This document shows positions 17,744-27,125 of a DNA stretch of 64,000 bases, piece by piece. Source of the stretch: an uncultured bacterium (lineage in GTDB: Bacteria > Gemmatimonadota > Gemmatimonadetes > Gemmatimonadales > Gemmatimonadaceae); the NCBI GenBank assembly GCA_963978095.1, contig CAXBQP010000004.1:20014-84013 (forward strand), in the 5' to 3' direction. How positions within the stretch are numbered: the stretch's first letter is position 1; each line of letters begins with the position of its first letter. A program made the position numbers and the translations under genes. A model generated the notes under the pieces. It did not search any database, was not told where the DNA came from, and was given only the letters and a program-made list of their open reading frames with translations.

Positions 17744-20248
17744 ATGACCGACCACCCCGCGACCCCGGACGTCGCCAACGACGAACCGGCCGGCTACGAC
17801 CCCGCCGTCGTCGAACGCACGTGGCGTGACCGCTGGCAACAGCGCGGCACCAACCGGGCGAAGGTCGCCGACGCGACGAAGCCCTTCTATGCGTTGCTGA
17901 TGTTCCCGTATCCGTCCGCGGAGGGTCTCCATGTCGGGAACCTGTTCGCGTTCACGGGCAACGACATCTACGCGCGCTTCCAGCGGCTGCAGGGATTCGA
18001 CGTCTTCGAGCCGTTCGGCTTCGACGCCTTCGGCATTCACTCGGAGAACTATGCGTTGAAGGTCGGGGTGCATCCGACCGAGATGATCCCGCGCAACGTC
18101 GCGAACTTCACGCGTCAGGTGCAGCGGGCGGGGATCATGGTGGACTGGGACCGGACGGTCGACACGACGGATCCGTCATACTACAAGTGGACCCAGTGGG
18201 TCTTCCTCCAGCTGTACAAACAGGGACTCGCGTTCAAGAAGAAGGCCGCGGTCAACTGGTGCCCGACCGACAAGACGGTGCTCGCCAACGAGCAGGTCGA
18301 AGGGGGCAAGTGCGAACGCTGCGGCGCCGAGGTGGAACAGCGGTTCCTCGCACAGTGGTTCTTCCGCATCACCGACTACGCCGAGCGCCTGCTCCATAAT
18401 ATCGACGGGCTCGACTGGTCGAACACGACCCGCACGGCGCAGCGTACCTGGATCGGGAAATCCGAGGGGGCGGAGCTCACGTTCCGCGTCGTGAATCCCC
18501 TCGAAGGAGCGGGAAGTGCCGCCGTGCACGAGACGTCCGAGACGATGGCGTCGCACGGGATCACGGTCTTCACGACCCGCCCCGACACCATTTTCGGGGC
18601 CACCTATCTGGTGCTCTCGCCGGAGCATCCGCTGCTCGACGTCATCACGAGCGAGGGACAGCGCGACGCCGTCGCGGCGTATCGGCTTCAGGCGTCCAAG
18701 CAGGATCTGATCACGCGCAAGACGACCAAGACCAAGACGGGGGTCTTCACCGGTGCGTATGCCGCCAACCCGGCCACGGGCGCACTGATCCCGGTCTGGA
18801 CCGCCGACTACGTCCTGATGGAGTACGGCACGGGGGCCATTATGGCGGTCCCGGGGCACGACGAACGGGATTTCGAGTTCGCGCGGGTGTTCGATCTGCC
18901 GATCGTGCGTGTGGTGGCCGGCAAGGGCCAGGACGGGCACACGCCGCTGGTCGAGGCGTACACCGATGACGCCGACGCACGCCTCGTGAACAGTCAGCAG
19001 TTCAACGACTGCCCCGTGGATGAGGCGAAACGCGAAGTGACCGCGTGGCTCGAAGCGAAATCGGCGGGCAAGGCGGTCGTCAACTATCGTCTGCACGATT
19101 GGTGCATCTCGCGGCAGCGCTATTGGGGACCGCCGATCCCGATCATCTACTGCGACAGCTGCGGGACCGTTCCCGTGCCGGAGTCCCAGTTGCCGGTGTT
19201 GCTCCCCAACATCCCCGACTTCAAGCCGGATGACTCGGGGATCTCGCCGCTCGCACGCCACGCCGAGTGGTTCCATGTGCCGTGTCCGACGTGCGGCAAG
19301 CAGGCGCGGCGTGAGACCGACGTCTCCGACACCTTCCTCGACAGCGGCTGGTACTTCCTGCGCTATCCCAGCGTCGGTCGTGATGATGTACCGTTCGATC
19401 GGGCGACCACCCGGAAGTGGCTCCCGGTCAACTCGTACATCGGCGGCAACGAGCACGCGGTGCTGCACCTGCTGTACTCGCGCTTCCTGACGATGGTGAT
19501 GAAGGACGCCGGGCACCTGGACTTCGAGGAACCCTTCACGAAGTTCCGCGCCCACGGCATGATCATCCGCGATGGCGCCAAGATGTCGAAATCGAAGGGG
19601 AATATCGTCAACCCCGACGAGTACATCGACGCCTGGGGTGCGGACACGTTCCGCACCTACCTGATGTTCCTCGGACCGTTCGAGGAGGGGGGCGATTTCC
19701 GTGATGCCGGGATCAGCGGGGTGAAGCGGTTCCTCGACCGCCTCTGGAAGTCGGTGCACGCTGCCGCCACCGAGGGGACAGCCGACGTCGAGGTGATGCG
19801 CGCGCTCCATGCCACGATCAAGAAGGTCGGCGAGGATGTCCCGAAGCTCTCCTACAACACCGCCATCGCGGCGATGATGGAGTACATGAACGTGCTGCGT
19901 CGTGGTGAGCGCCGCCCGCATCGCGACGAAGTGTTGCCGGTGGTGCAGCTCGTTGCCCCGTTCGCGCCGCATATCGCCGAGGAACTCTGGTCGGTCCTGG
20001 GACACGCGCAGAGCGTCTTCGATTCGGGATGGCCGAGCTTCGACCCGGCGATGATCGGCGGCGAGACCGTCACGGTCGCCGTACAGATCGGCGGCAAGAC
20101 GCGCGGCACCGTGCTGGTGGCCAAGACCGCCACGCAGGACGACGTCCACCGTGCAGCGATGGCGGATCCCGCGATCGCCAAGTTCGTGACCGGAACGCCG
20201 CGGAAGATCGTGTTCGTGCCGGGCCGTCTGCTGAGCATCGTACTCTGA
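17744..20248 (+). CDS. leuS: Leucine--tRNA ligase
   Basis: MFPYPSAEGLHVGN, TTRPDT, GTGAIMAVPGHD, DWCISRQRYWG, KMSKS. Confidence 0.98.
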   Translation: MTDHPATPDVANDEPAGYDPAVVERTWRDRWQQRGTNRAKVADATKPFYALLMFPYPSAEGLHVGNLFAFTGNDIYARFQRLQGFDVFEPFGFDAFGIHSENYALKVGVHPTEMIPRNVANFTRQVQRAGIMVDWDRTVDTTDPSYYKWTQWVFLQLYKQGLAFKKKAAVNWCPTDKTVLANEQVEGGKCERCGAEVEQRFLAQWFFRITDYAERLLHNIDGLDWSNTTRTAQRTWIGKSEGAELTFRVVNPLEGAGSAAVHETSETMASHGITVFTTRPDTIFGATYLVLSPEHPLLDVITSEGQRDAVAAYRLQASKQDLITRKTTKTKTGVFTGAYAANPATGALIPVWTADYVLMEYGTGAIMAVPGHDERDFEFARVFDLPIVRVVAGKGQDGHTPLVEAYTDDADARLVNSQQFNDCPVDEAKREVTAWLEAKSAGKAVVNYRLHDWCISRQRYWGPPIPIIYCDSCGTVPVPESQLPVLLPNIPDFKPDDSGISPLARHAEWFHVPCPTCGKQARRETDVSDTFLDSGWYFLRYPSVGRDDVPFDRATTRKWLPVNSYIGGNEHAVLHLLYSRFLTMVMKDAGHLDFEEPFTKFRAHGMIIRDGAKMSKSKGNIVNPDEYIDAWGADTFRTYLMFLGPFEEGGDFRDAGISGVKRFLDRLWKSVHAAATEGTADVEVMRALHATIKKVGEDVPKLSYNTAIAAMMEYMNVLRRGERRPHRDEVLPVVQLVAPFAPHIAEELWSVLGHAQSVFDSGWPSFDPAMIGGETVTVAVQIGGKTRGTVLVAKTATQDDVHRAAMADPAIAKFVTGTPRKIVFVPGRLLSIVL

Positions 20249-21033
20249 TGCGCCGGCCCACTGGTGCTGCCCGGCTGGCGGCCGTCCTGCTCGCGCTCGT
20301 GCCGGCAGCGCTTGCGGCCCAGGCCAATCCACTCGGCGACTGGCCGCAGCACTCCAAGGCGCGCCCGCGTCCCCCTGTCGTCGCCCCCGGCACGGGCGCA
20401 CTGCCGGTGCCGCCGCCGGCCGACGCGATCGTGCTCTTTGACGGCAAGAACCTCGACGAGTGGCAGAAGGGCGACAGTACGCCGGCGCAGTGGCGTCTCG
20501 TGGAGGGTCAGGCGATGCAGGTCACCGCAGGGAAGGGAGGAATCGAAACGAAACGACGCTTCGGCGATGCGCAGCTGCATATCGAATGGGCCTCACCGAA
20601 GCCGGCGAAGGGCACCGATCAGGACCGAGGCAACAGCGGGGTGTTCTTCCAAGGCCGATACGAGGTGCAAGTGCTCGACTCGTACGGCAACGACACCTAC
20701 CCCGATGGACAGGCCGCCGCGATCTACGGGCAATATCCGCCGCTCGTCAATGCGAGCCGCGCCCCGGGCGAGTGGCAGAGCTACGACATCATCTTCCGCC
20801 GGCCGCGCTTCGACGCCTCAGGAGCACTCCTGGCCCCCGCGCGTTTCACGGTGTTCCACAACGGGGTGCTGGTGCAGGATCACGTCGCCCCCGTGGGGCC
20901 GACGGCACACACGACGCGTCCGCCGTACGAAGCACATGCCGACCGGCTTCCGATCGGTTTGCAGGACCACGGACATCCCGTGCGCTTCCGGAACATCTGG
21001 ATCCGCGATCTCGAGCCGTCCCGCAATCCTTAA
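20248..21033 (+). CDS. Secreted DUF1080 (3-keto-disaccharide hydrolase-like) protein
   Basis: TGATG overlap with leuS; signal peptide; LFDGK, GNSGVF, YEVQVLD, LQDHG...FRNIWIR. Confidence 0.88.
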   Translation: MRRPTGAARLAAVLLALVPAALAAQANPLGDWPQHSKARPRPPVVAPGTGALPVPPPADAIVLFDGKNLDEWQKGDSTPAQWRLVEGQAMQVTAGKGGIETKRRFGDAQLHIEWASPKPAKGTDQDRGNSGVFFQGRYEVQVLDSYGNDTYPDGQAAAIYGQYPPLVNASRAPGEWQSYDIIFRRPRFDASGALLAPARFTVFHNGVLVQDHVAPVGPTAHTTRPPYEAHADRLPIGLQDHGHPVRFRNIWIRDLEPSRNP

Positions 21034-21041
21034 CGCGCTGC

Positions 21042-22169
21042 CTAGAGCGCTTTCGCGATCCACTCGCCGACGTAGTACCCCACCGCCGCGACGCCCAGCC
21101 CGACCACGAACATGTCCATGCCGGAGCGGATCACCCCGCGTCCGGTGAAGACGCTGCGCATGGCGCCGACGAGGAAGTGACTTCCCATCGCGAGCGCGAA
21201 GCTCACCCAGATCGCGGACGCCCCACTCAGGAGGATGAACGGCGCGACCGGGATGAAGGAGCCGATCGCCGTGGCCACCCCCGTGATCCACGCCTCGCGC
21301 ATCGGGGAGCCCGGGTCGCCGCTGATCTTCAACTCCTCCTGGACCTGCTCCGCGAGCATCCGCTCCGGATCGGCCATCACCTCCGTCGCGAGCGCATGCG
21401 CCTGATCCTTGTGCATGCCCTTCATCTCGTAGATCAGCGCCAGCTCATCACGCTCCACCTCGGGCATCAGCGCGATCTCGTCCTTCTCCATCGCGATCTC
21501 GTTGAGATACACCTCGTGCTGGCTCTTGGCGGCCAAATAGCCGCTCGAGCCCATGGACAACGAGTTCGCAACGATCCCGGCGACGCCGGCCACGATCACC
21601 GCGTGGTGCTGCTCCGCAATGGTCGCACCGATCACCCCGGCCGCGAGGCCGAAGTTCGCCGTGAGGCCGTCGTTGAACCCGTACACAATGTTGCGTAGCA
21701 ATCCCCCCGATTCCGTCTTGTGCCACGGCTCGGCGTGCTTCCCCGCAAGGTGCGCGATCTCGGCGGCGTGCGCCTTGGACTCGCGGGCGAGCAACAAGGC
21801 TTCGTTGCCGCCGGCCGCTCCTTTGGGCGTCGCGCGATGCATGTCGAGATACGCCTTCACTTCGCGCCCTTCCTCGCTCAGCAACATCGGCAGGAGGAAG
21901 CTTGGGCCGAATCGGCGCCCAAGGAATGCGAGAAGCCGCGCGCGGCCGGTGGGGCGGAATGTGCGCACGGCGCCGCCGTTCTGACGGATCAGATCCGCCC
22001 AGATCGTGACGTGGCGGTCCTCGACGTCGGCGAGGCGACGGAACACATCAGCCTTCGCCGCGTCGGGCTCCAAGGTGGCGAGCAACCGGTACAGGTAGGC
22101 GGCATCCGCCTCATCCTGCCAGTGATGCTCGAACGCGTGCAAGTCGACGGGGTGCTGAAGAGCGTTCAT
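21042..22169 (-). CDS. VIT1/CCC1 metal exporter with N-terminal ferritin/rubrerythrin-like domain
   Basis: DE..AA.LY..LA...E.RH and E..H ligands; VIT1 motifs YGFNDGL and SLSMGSSGYLA. Confidence 0.88.
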   Translation of the reverse strand: MNALQHPVDLHAFEHHWQDEADAAYLYRLLATLEPDAAKADVFRRLADVEDRHVTIWADLIRQNGGAVRTFRPTGRARLLAFLGRRFGPSFLLPMLLSEEGREVKAYLDMHRATPKGAAGGNEALLLARESKAHAAEIAHLAGKHAEPWHKTESGGLLRNIVYGFNDGLTANFGLAAGVIGATIAEQHHAVIVAGVAGIVANSLSMGSSGYLAAKSQHEVYLNEIAMEKDEIALMPEVERDELALIYEMKGMHKDQAHALATEVMADPERMLAEQVQEELKISGDPGSPMREAWITGVATAIGSFIPVAPFILLSGASAIWVSFALAMGSHFLVGAMRSVFTGRGVIRSGMDMFVVGLGVAAVGYYVGEWIAKAL

Positions 22170-22217
22170 GCGTGGAATATGGAGGCTGGTTGCCCCGCGT
22201 GGCGACAGTAGGGTTCG

Positions 22218-24212
22218 CTAGAAATCGATCTGCGTTCCGAGCTCGACGACGCGGTTCGCCGGCAACTTGAAGAACTCGGAGGCGCTGCGCGCATTCTTGG
22301 ACATCAGGACAAAAAGTCGCTTGCGCCAGATATTCATGGTCAGACCGCCTTCCCGCCACGGCATGACGTCGGGGAGCAGCAGCTCGCGGCCGAGATAGAA
22401 GCTCGTCGCGAGGGGACGCGTCTTGATCCCCTGCCGCCGCATCAGTTCGAGCACCTCGTTCACATCCGGCAACTCCATGAATCCGTAGCGCGCGACCGCA
22501 CGGACGAAGCCGGCATCCAGCACCTCGATCGTCACGCGCTCGTCGTTCGCAACCTCGGGGACCTCCTCCGTGATGATGGAGAGGAGGATCACCTGCTTGT
22601 GCAGGACCTGATTGTGCTTGAGGTGATGCAGGAGTACGACCGGGGCGCCGGCGGACACCGACGTCATGAAGACCGCCGTTCCCGGCACGCGCGGGATGCT
22701 GGGCGTGACCGACGACTTGAGGAAATCCTCCAGCGGCATCGTGATCGACTGCAACCGCTCACGCAGGATCGCCCGTCCCCGTTTCCAGGTGGTCATCAGG
22801 GCGAACAGCGCGATCGCAATCACGAGCGGCACCCATCCGCCATGTCCGATCTTCAGCGCGTTGGCGCCCAGGAAGGCGAGATCCATGGCCAGGAACGCCA
22901 CTGCGAGCGACATGGCCTGCCACAGGGGCCAGTTCCAGCGCGCGGCCGCGACCACCAGGAAGAGCAAGGTGGTGATCGCCATCGTACCGGTCACCGCGAT
23001 CCCATACGCCGCGCCCAGCGCGCTCGACGTCTTGAAGCCGAGCACCACCGCCACGCAGCTGACCATCAGCGCGTAGTTGATGTCGGGAATGAAGATCTGT
23101 CCGGCTTCCTGTTTGGACGTATGCGTGATCTTCATGCGGGGGCTGTAGCCAAGCTGGATGCACTGCTGCGTCAACGAAAACGCCCCGGAGATCAATGCCT
23201 GGCTCGCGATGATCGCGGCAGCCGTGGCGATCGCGATCAACGGATACAACATGGCGCGCGGCGCCAGCAGATAGAACGGATTTTCGACGGCCGACGGCAC
23301 GCGCAACACGAGCGCCCCCTGCCCGAAATAGTTCAGCAACAGACAGGGGAAGACGAACCAGAACCACGCCAAACGAATCGGCTTCTTCCCGAAGTGCCCC
23401 ATGTCGGCGTACAGCGCCTCGGCGCCGGTCACTGCCAGCACCACGGCGCCGAGCAACACGAACGCCGCCCACCCCTTGTGCATCACGAACGTGATGGCGT
23501 ACATCGGGTTCACCGCCGCAAGAATCGCCGGCGACGCCATGATCTCGTGCAATCCGGTCGCCGCGATCACCGAGAACCAGATCAACATCAATGGGCCGAA
23601 GAACGCCCCCACCCGGGCCGTCCCGAACTTCTGCATGAAGAACAGCCCGAAGAGCACGACGATCGTGACCGGGATGATGACGCTTTCGAAGTTCGGCGAG
23701 ACGATCTCCAGTCCTTCCATGGCGCCCAGCACGGAGATCGCCGGCGTGATGACGCCGTCGCCGTACAGCAGCGCGGCTCCGAACAAGCCGAGCACGATGA
23801 GCAGGAACCGTCGCTGCTTGCGCGCCGTGTCCTTGCCGATGATCAACGCCAGCATGGCGAGGATCCCGCCCTCGCCGCGATTGTCGGCGCGCATCACGAA
23901 GACGATGTACTTGAGGCTCACGACCAAGGTCAACGCCCAGACGATCAGCGAGAGCACGCCGTAGACGTTCTCGGCAGACGGCGTCAGCCCGTACTCGGGC
24001 TTGAAGCACTCACGAAAGGCGTAGAGCGGGCTGGTGCCGATGTCGCCGTAGACGACGCCGAGCGCCGTCAGCGTGAGGATCGCGAGCCGCCGGCCTGTCG
24101 GATTGGACTCGACATGCTCGCGCTGGTGCGGGATGGGGCGCATCGCCGTCACGCCGGTCGATGGCGTGGGGTGCGGCGCGGTATCGTGTGCTGATGGAGG
24201 TTCGGACGACAT
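22218..24212 (-). CDS. kup: KUP/HAK/KT potassium transporter
   Basis: GVVYGDIGTSPLY, DNRGEGG, GAEALYADMGHF, NRVVELG. Confidence 0.97.
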   Translation of the reverse strand: MSSEPPSAHDTAPHPTPSTGVTAMRPIPHQREHVESNPTGRRLAILTLTALGVVYGDIGTSPLYAFRECFKPEYGLTPSAENVYGVLSLIVWALTLVVSLKYIVFVMRADNRGEGGILAMLALIIGKDTARKQRRFLLIVLGLFGAALLYGDGVITPAISVLGAMEGLEIVSPNFESVIIPVTIVVLFGLFFMQKFGTARVGAFFGPLMLIWFSVIAATGLHEIMASPAILAAVNPMYAITFVMHKGWAAFVLLGAVVLAVTGAEALYADMGHFGKKPIRLAWFWFVFPCLLLNYFGQGALVLRVPSAVENPFYLLAPRAMLYPLIAIATAAAIIASQALISGAFSLTQQCIQLGYSPRMKITHTSKQEAGQIFIPDINYALMVSCVAVVLGFKTSSALGAAYGIAVTGTMAITTLLFLVVAAARWNWPLWQAMSLAVAFLAMDLAFLGANALKIGHGGWVPLVIAIALFALMTTWKRGRAILRERLQSITMPLEDFLKSSVTPSIPRVPGTAVFMTSVSAGAPVVLLHHLKHNQVLHKQVILLSIITEEVPEVANDERVTIEVLDAGFVRAVARYGFMELPDVNEVLELMRRQGIKTRPLATSFYLGRELLLPDVMPWREGGLTMNIWRKRLFVLMSKNARSASEFFKLPANRVVELGTQIDF

Positions 24213-24220
24213 GGGGTGCG

Positions 24221-24250
24221 AAAACGGGTCGCGGACAATCCGCGACCCGT
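24221..24250 (-). terminator. Intrinsic terminator-like hairpin between padR and kup
   Basis: ACGGGTCGCGGA-3 nt-TCCGCGACCCGT followed by T-run on the minus strand. Confidence 0.55.
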
Positions 24251-24321
24251 CTGGGAAATGTAGTGCCGGCCCCCGCAGAGTCCACCGGCAAGCGGCGCGC
24301 GGTACCTACGGGCGGGCGGTG

Positions 24322-24918
24322 CTACTGGCGCGCCACCAACGCATCGAGGTCGCTCGCCGCCCGCCGGAGGATGGCAACGGCCGCATCAACCAGCGTCGCG
24401 TTGGCATTTCGGTGCATCGTCATCTGGACGTAACTCCGGCCGAGCGCGGCCATGGCGTCGTGCGCCGGACGCATCTGCTCCCCGAAAATCGACGCGCCAA
24501 GCTGCCCGAGACGCTCCAGGACATCATCGACGGTGCTCCGGTTGTCGGCGAGGTACGCGCGCCCCGCGTCGGTGATCGCATACACCTTCTTGCCGCCATC
24601 CACGGGCGTGACGGAAGCGTAGCCCATGTCCTCGAGCAGTGTGAGCGTCGGATAGACGGTCCCGGGGCTCGGGGAGTAGCGACCGCCGGAGCGCTCCTCG
24701 AGATCCTTGATGATCTCGTACCCGTGACGCGGCTTGTCGGCCAGCAACTGCAGAATGACGAACTTGAGGTCCCCCTGCTCGAACATCCGCCCACCGCGCG
24801 GACCTCCGCGTCGCGGGCCGAATCCGAACCAGAACGGGCCGGTGCCGAGATCCCCCTTCCAATCCCAGCCCCGTCCCGCCCCTTGGCACTGCCGGGGCCC
24901 GCACGATCGTTTCCACAT
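24322..24918 (-). CDS. PadR-family transcriptional regulator (YqjI-like)
   Basis: GDLKFVILQLL...PRHGYEII...YSPSPGTVYPTL...KKVYAITDAG. Confidence 0.92.
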   Translation of the reverse strand: MWKRSCGPRQCQGAGRGWDWKGDLGTGPFWFGFGPRRGGPRGGRMFEQGDLKFVILQLLADKPRHGYEIIKDLEERSGGRYSPSPGTVYPTLTLLEDMGYASVTPVDGGKKVYAITDAGRAYLADNRSTVDDVLERLGQLGASIFGEQMRPAHDAMAALGRSYVQMTMHRNANATLVDAAVAILRRAASDLDALVARQ

Positions 24919-24936
24919 GACTATTTTCTCCGAAAA

Positions 24937-24975
24937 GACATATCGTAAGTTATATCGCGATATATCGTTGCGCAA
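24937..24975 (-). promoter_or_regulatory. padR promoter with overlapping palindromic operator
   Basis: TTGCGC-17-TAACTT; perfect palindromes TATATCGCGATATA (24951-24964) and CGATATATCG (24958-24967); third half-site GACATATCG. Confidence 0.7.
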
Positions 24976-25082
24976 GGCTGGTCTGGCCTCCAGTGGCGAC
25001 CATTCGGCGGTCACGGGATATTGAAGAGCACCCCCTCGCGACGACGCGCGCACGCGCGCCGTCTCATGTCACTCGTGGTCGA

Positions 25083-25838
25083 ATGTTCGACGTCCTGATC
25101 GAATCACGCGGCCTCCGTGGGCCGCGACCTCTGATCTCCTCGGCCCTGAGCCTCGCAGCGCACGCGCTGTTGCTCCTGGGCTCGGCCTCGGGCGCGCACT
25201 TCCTGTTCGACCGCGGGGACGCCCCGCGCGACCGCGAGGTGCTGACCGAGTTGGTGCGATACCTCGCTCCACCAGACCGTCATGCCGCGCCGTACTCCGA
25301 TCGACTCCGTTTCGCGACCGCGGCCGGAGGCTCGACGGCGGCCGGCATTCTCGAGGGGCACACGCGAACCATCGCCGACAACGGGTTGGTCGGCACTGGG
25401 GCTCCGGGACGCAACACCGCGAGCGAGACGAGCGAAGCCCCGTTGGCAACGCCCGAGCGGTCCACGGAGGCCTTCACTGTCGTGGAGGTCGACAGCGCGG
25501 CCGTCCGCGATCCGGAATCGGCGTCACCGGAATATCCCAAATCGCTCATCGAAAAAGGGATCGAAGGCTACGCGGCGGTACGGTTCGTGGTGGACTCGAC
25601 CGGCCGGGTCGAGATGAACACGGTGCAGGTGATCGATGCGACGCACAACGATTTCGCCACCGCGGTGAAGGATGCCATGCCGCGGATGCGTTTCCGTCCG
25701 GCCCGCATCGGAACGACCGCGGTCCGCCAGCTCTCGGAGCAGCTCTTCAAGTTCGAGATCAAGGTCGTTGCGGGTGGCGCGGCGCTCCCACCCAAGAAGC
25801 CGGCGGCTCCGCCACCGCTTCTCCGTTCCCCGTCGTAA
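25083..25838 (+). CDS. Energy transducer TonB-like protein
   Basis: N-terminal TM with SLAAH (S-x3-H); C-terminal PEYP...GIEG.A.VRFVVD..G...FRPA. Confidence 0.85.
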   Translation: MFDVLIESRGLRGPRPLISSALSLAAHALLLLGSASGAHFLFDRGDAPRDREVLTELVRYLAPPDRHAAPYSDRLRFATAAGGSTAAGILEGHTRTIADNGLVGTGAPGRNTASETSEAPLATPERSTEAFTVVEVDSAAVRDPESASPEYPKSLIEKGIEGYAAVRFVVDSTGRVEMNTVQVIDATHNDFATAVKDAMPRMRFRPARIGTTAVRQLSEQLFKFEIKVVAGGAALPPKKPAAPPPLLRSPS

Positions 25839-25842
25839 TGCA

Positions 25843-25879
25843 CGAGCGGCGCGGGAGCATCAATCTCCCGCGCCGCTCG
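25843..25879. terminator. Hairpin between convergent genes, likely bidirectional terminator
   Basis: CGAGCGGCGCGGGAG-7 nt-CTCCCGCGCCGCTCG, 15-bp perfect stem. Confidence 0.7.
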
Positions 25880-25902
25880 GAATCTTGCCGTCGCCCCGCG
25901 AG

Positions 25903-27123
25903 TTATTCGTAGCGCAGCGCCACGATCGGATCGAGTCCGGCGGCCCGACGCGCGGGGTACACCCCGAACACGACGCCGACGAACGCCGAGAACCCGAAGG
26001 CCACAATCACGCTCGAGAGCCCGACCTCGGTGTTCCAGCCGAAGAACTTGCTGAACGCCATCGCACCACCGGCTCCGACGAGGATGCCGAGCATGCCGCC
26101 AAGCAGGCAGAGCACGACCGCCTCGATCAGGAACTGGAAGAGGATGTTCATCTTGGTCGCGCCGAGCGCCTTGCGGACGCCAATCTCGCGCGTGCGCTCC
26201 GTGACCGACACCAGCATGATGTTCATGATGCCGATGCCGCCGACGACCAGCGACACCGCCGCGATGCCCGCGAGCAGGAGGCTGAACACGGCGGTGGTCT
26301 CGCCGAGCGTGTTCAGGAAGTCCGACTGGTTGCGAATCTGGAAGTCGTCATCCTTGCCGGCGCGCAGCTTGTGCTCGCGGCGCAGGATCTTCTGGATGTC
26401 GCCCATGGTCTCGGGAATCTCTTCCTCTGACGGCGCGAGCACGCTGATCGAACGCACGCGATTGGTTCCCAGGACCCGGAACCGTGCCGTCTGCACAGGG
26501 AGCAGGATCTGGTCGTCGGGATTCGAGAACGCGCTTGCCTGTCCCTTGGACTTGAAGACGCCGACGACGGTGAATTGGATGCCGCGGATGCGGATCTGCT
26601 CACCGACGATCGCTTCATTGCTCTGCAGGCCGAGATTCTGCACCACGGTCGGGCCCAGGACCGCCACGCGCTGGCGCGTCTGATCCTCGGTGTTGGTGAA
26701 GAAGCGACCGGTTTCGATCTCGTACTTGCGCACCTGCGGATAGTTGGACGTCGTGCCGACGATCGAGGTGCTGGTGTTCTTGTTGAGGAACTGGACCTGC
26801 AGGTTCCCGTTGATCTCGGGCTGGACGGCGGCGATCTTCTCGCCGCGATCCACGAGCGCCTTGGCATCGTCCAGCGTCAGCTTGGCGCCGCCACCGCCCG
26901 TGCGCACACCGCCCGTCATCGCCTGACCGGGGTTCACGGTCAGCAACGTCGTCCCGAGCGCCGCAATGCGGTCGTTCACCTGCTTTTGGGCGCCGCGGCC
27001 GAGCGCTACGACCGCGATCACCGCCGACACGCCGATCACGATGCCGAGCATCGTGAGGAGCGAGCGGAGCTTGTTCGCGCGGAGTGCGCCCAGGGCAACG
27101 CGGATGGTTTCGCCGATGAGCAT
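25903..27123 (-). CDS. MacB/FtsX-type ABC transporter permease (no ATPase domain)
   Basis: RSLLTMLGIVIGV, VGGIGIMNIMLVSVTERTREIGVRKALGA, DPIVALRYE. Confidence 0.93.
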   Translation of the reverse strand: MLIGETIRVALGALRANKLRSLLTMLGIVIGVSAVIAVVALGRGAQKQVNDRIAALGTTLLTVNPGQAMTGGVRTGGGGAKLTLDDAKALVDRGEKIAAVQPEINGNLQVQFLNKNTSTSIVGTTSNYPQVRKYEIETGRFFTNTEDQTRQRVAVLGPTVVQNLGLQSNEAIVGEQIRIRGIQFTVVGVFKSKGQASAFSNPDDQILLPVQTARFRVLGTNRVRSISVLAPSEEEIPETMGDIQKILRREHKLRAGKDDDFQIRNQSDFLNTLGETTAVFSLLLAGIAAVSLVVGGIGIMNIMLVSVTERTREIGVRKALGATKMNILFQFLIEAVVLCLLGGMLGILVGAGGAMAFSKFFGWNTEVGLSSVIVAFGFSAFVGVVFGVYPARRAAGLDPIVALRYE

Positions 27124-27125
27124 GA

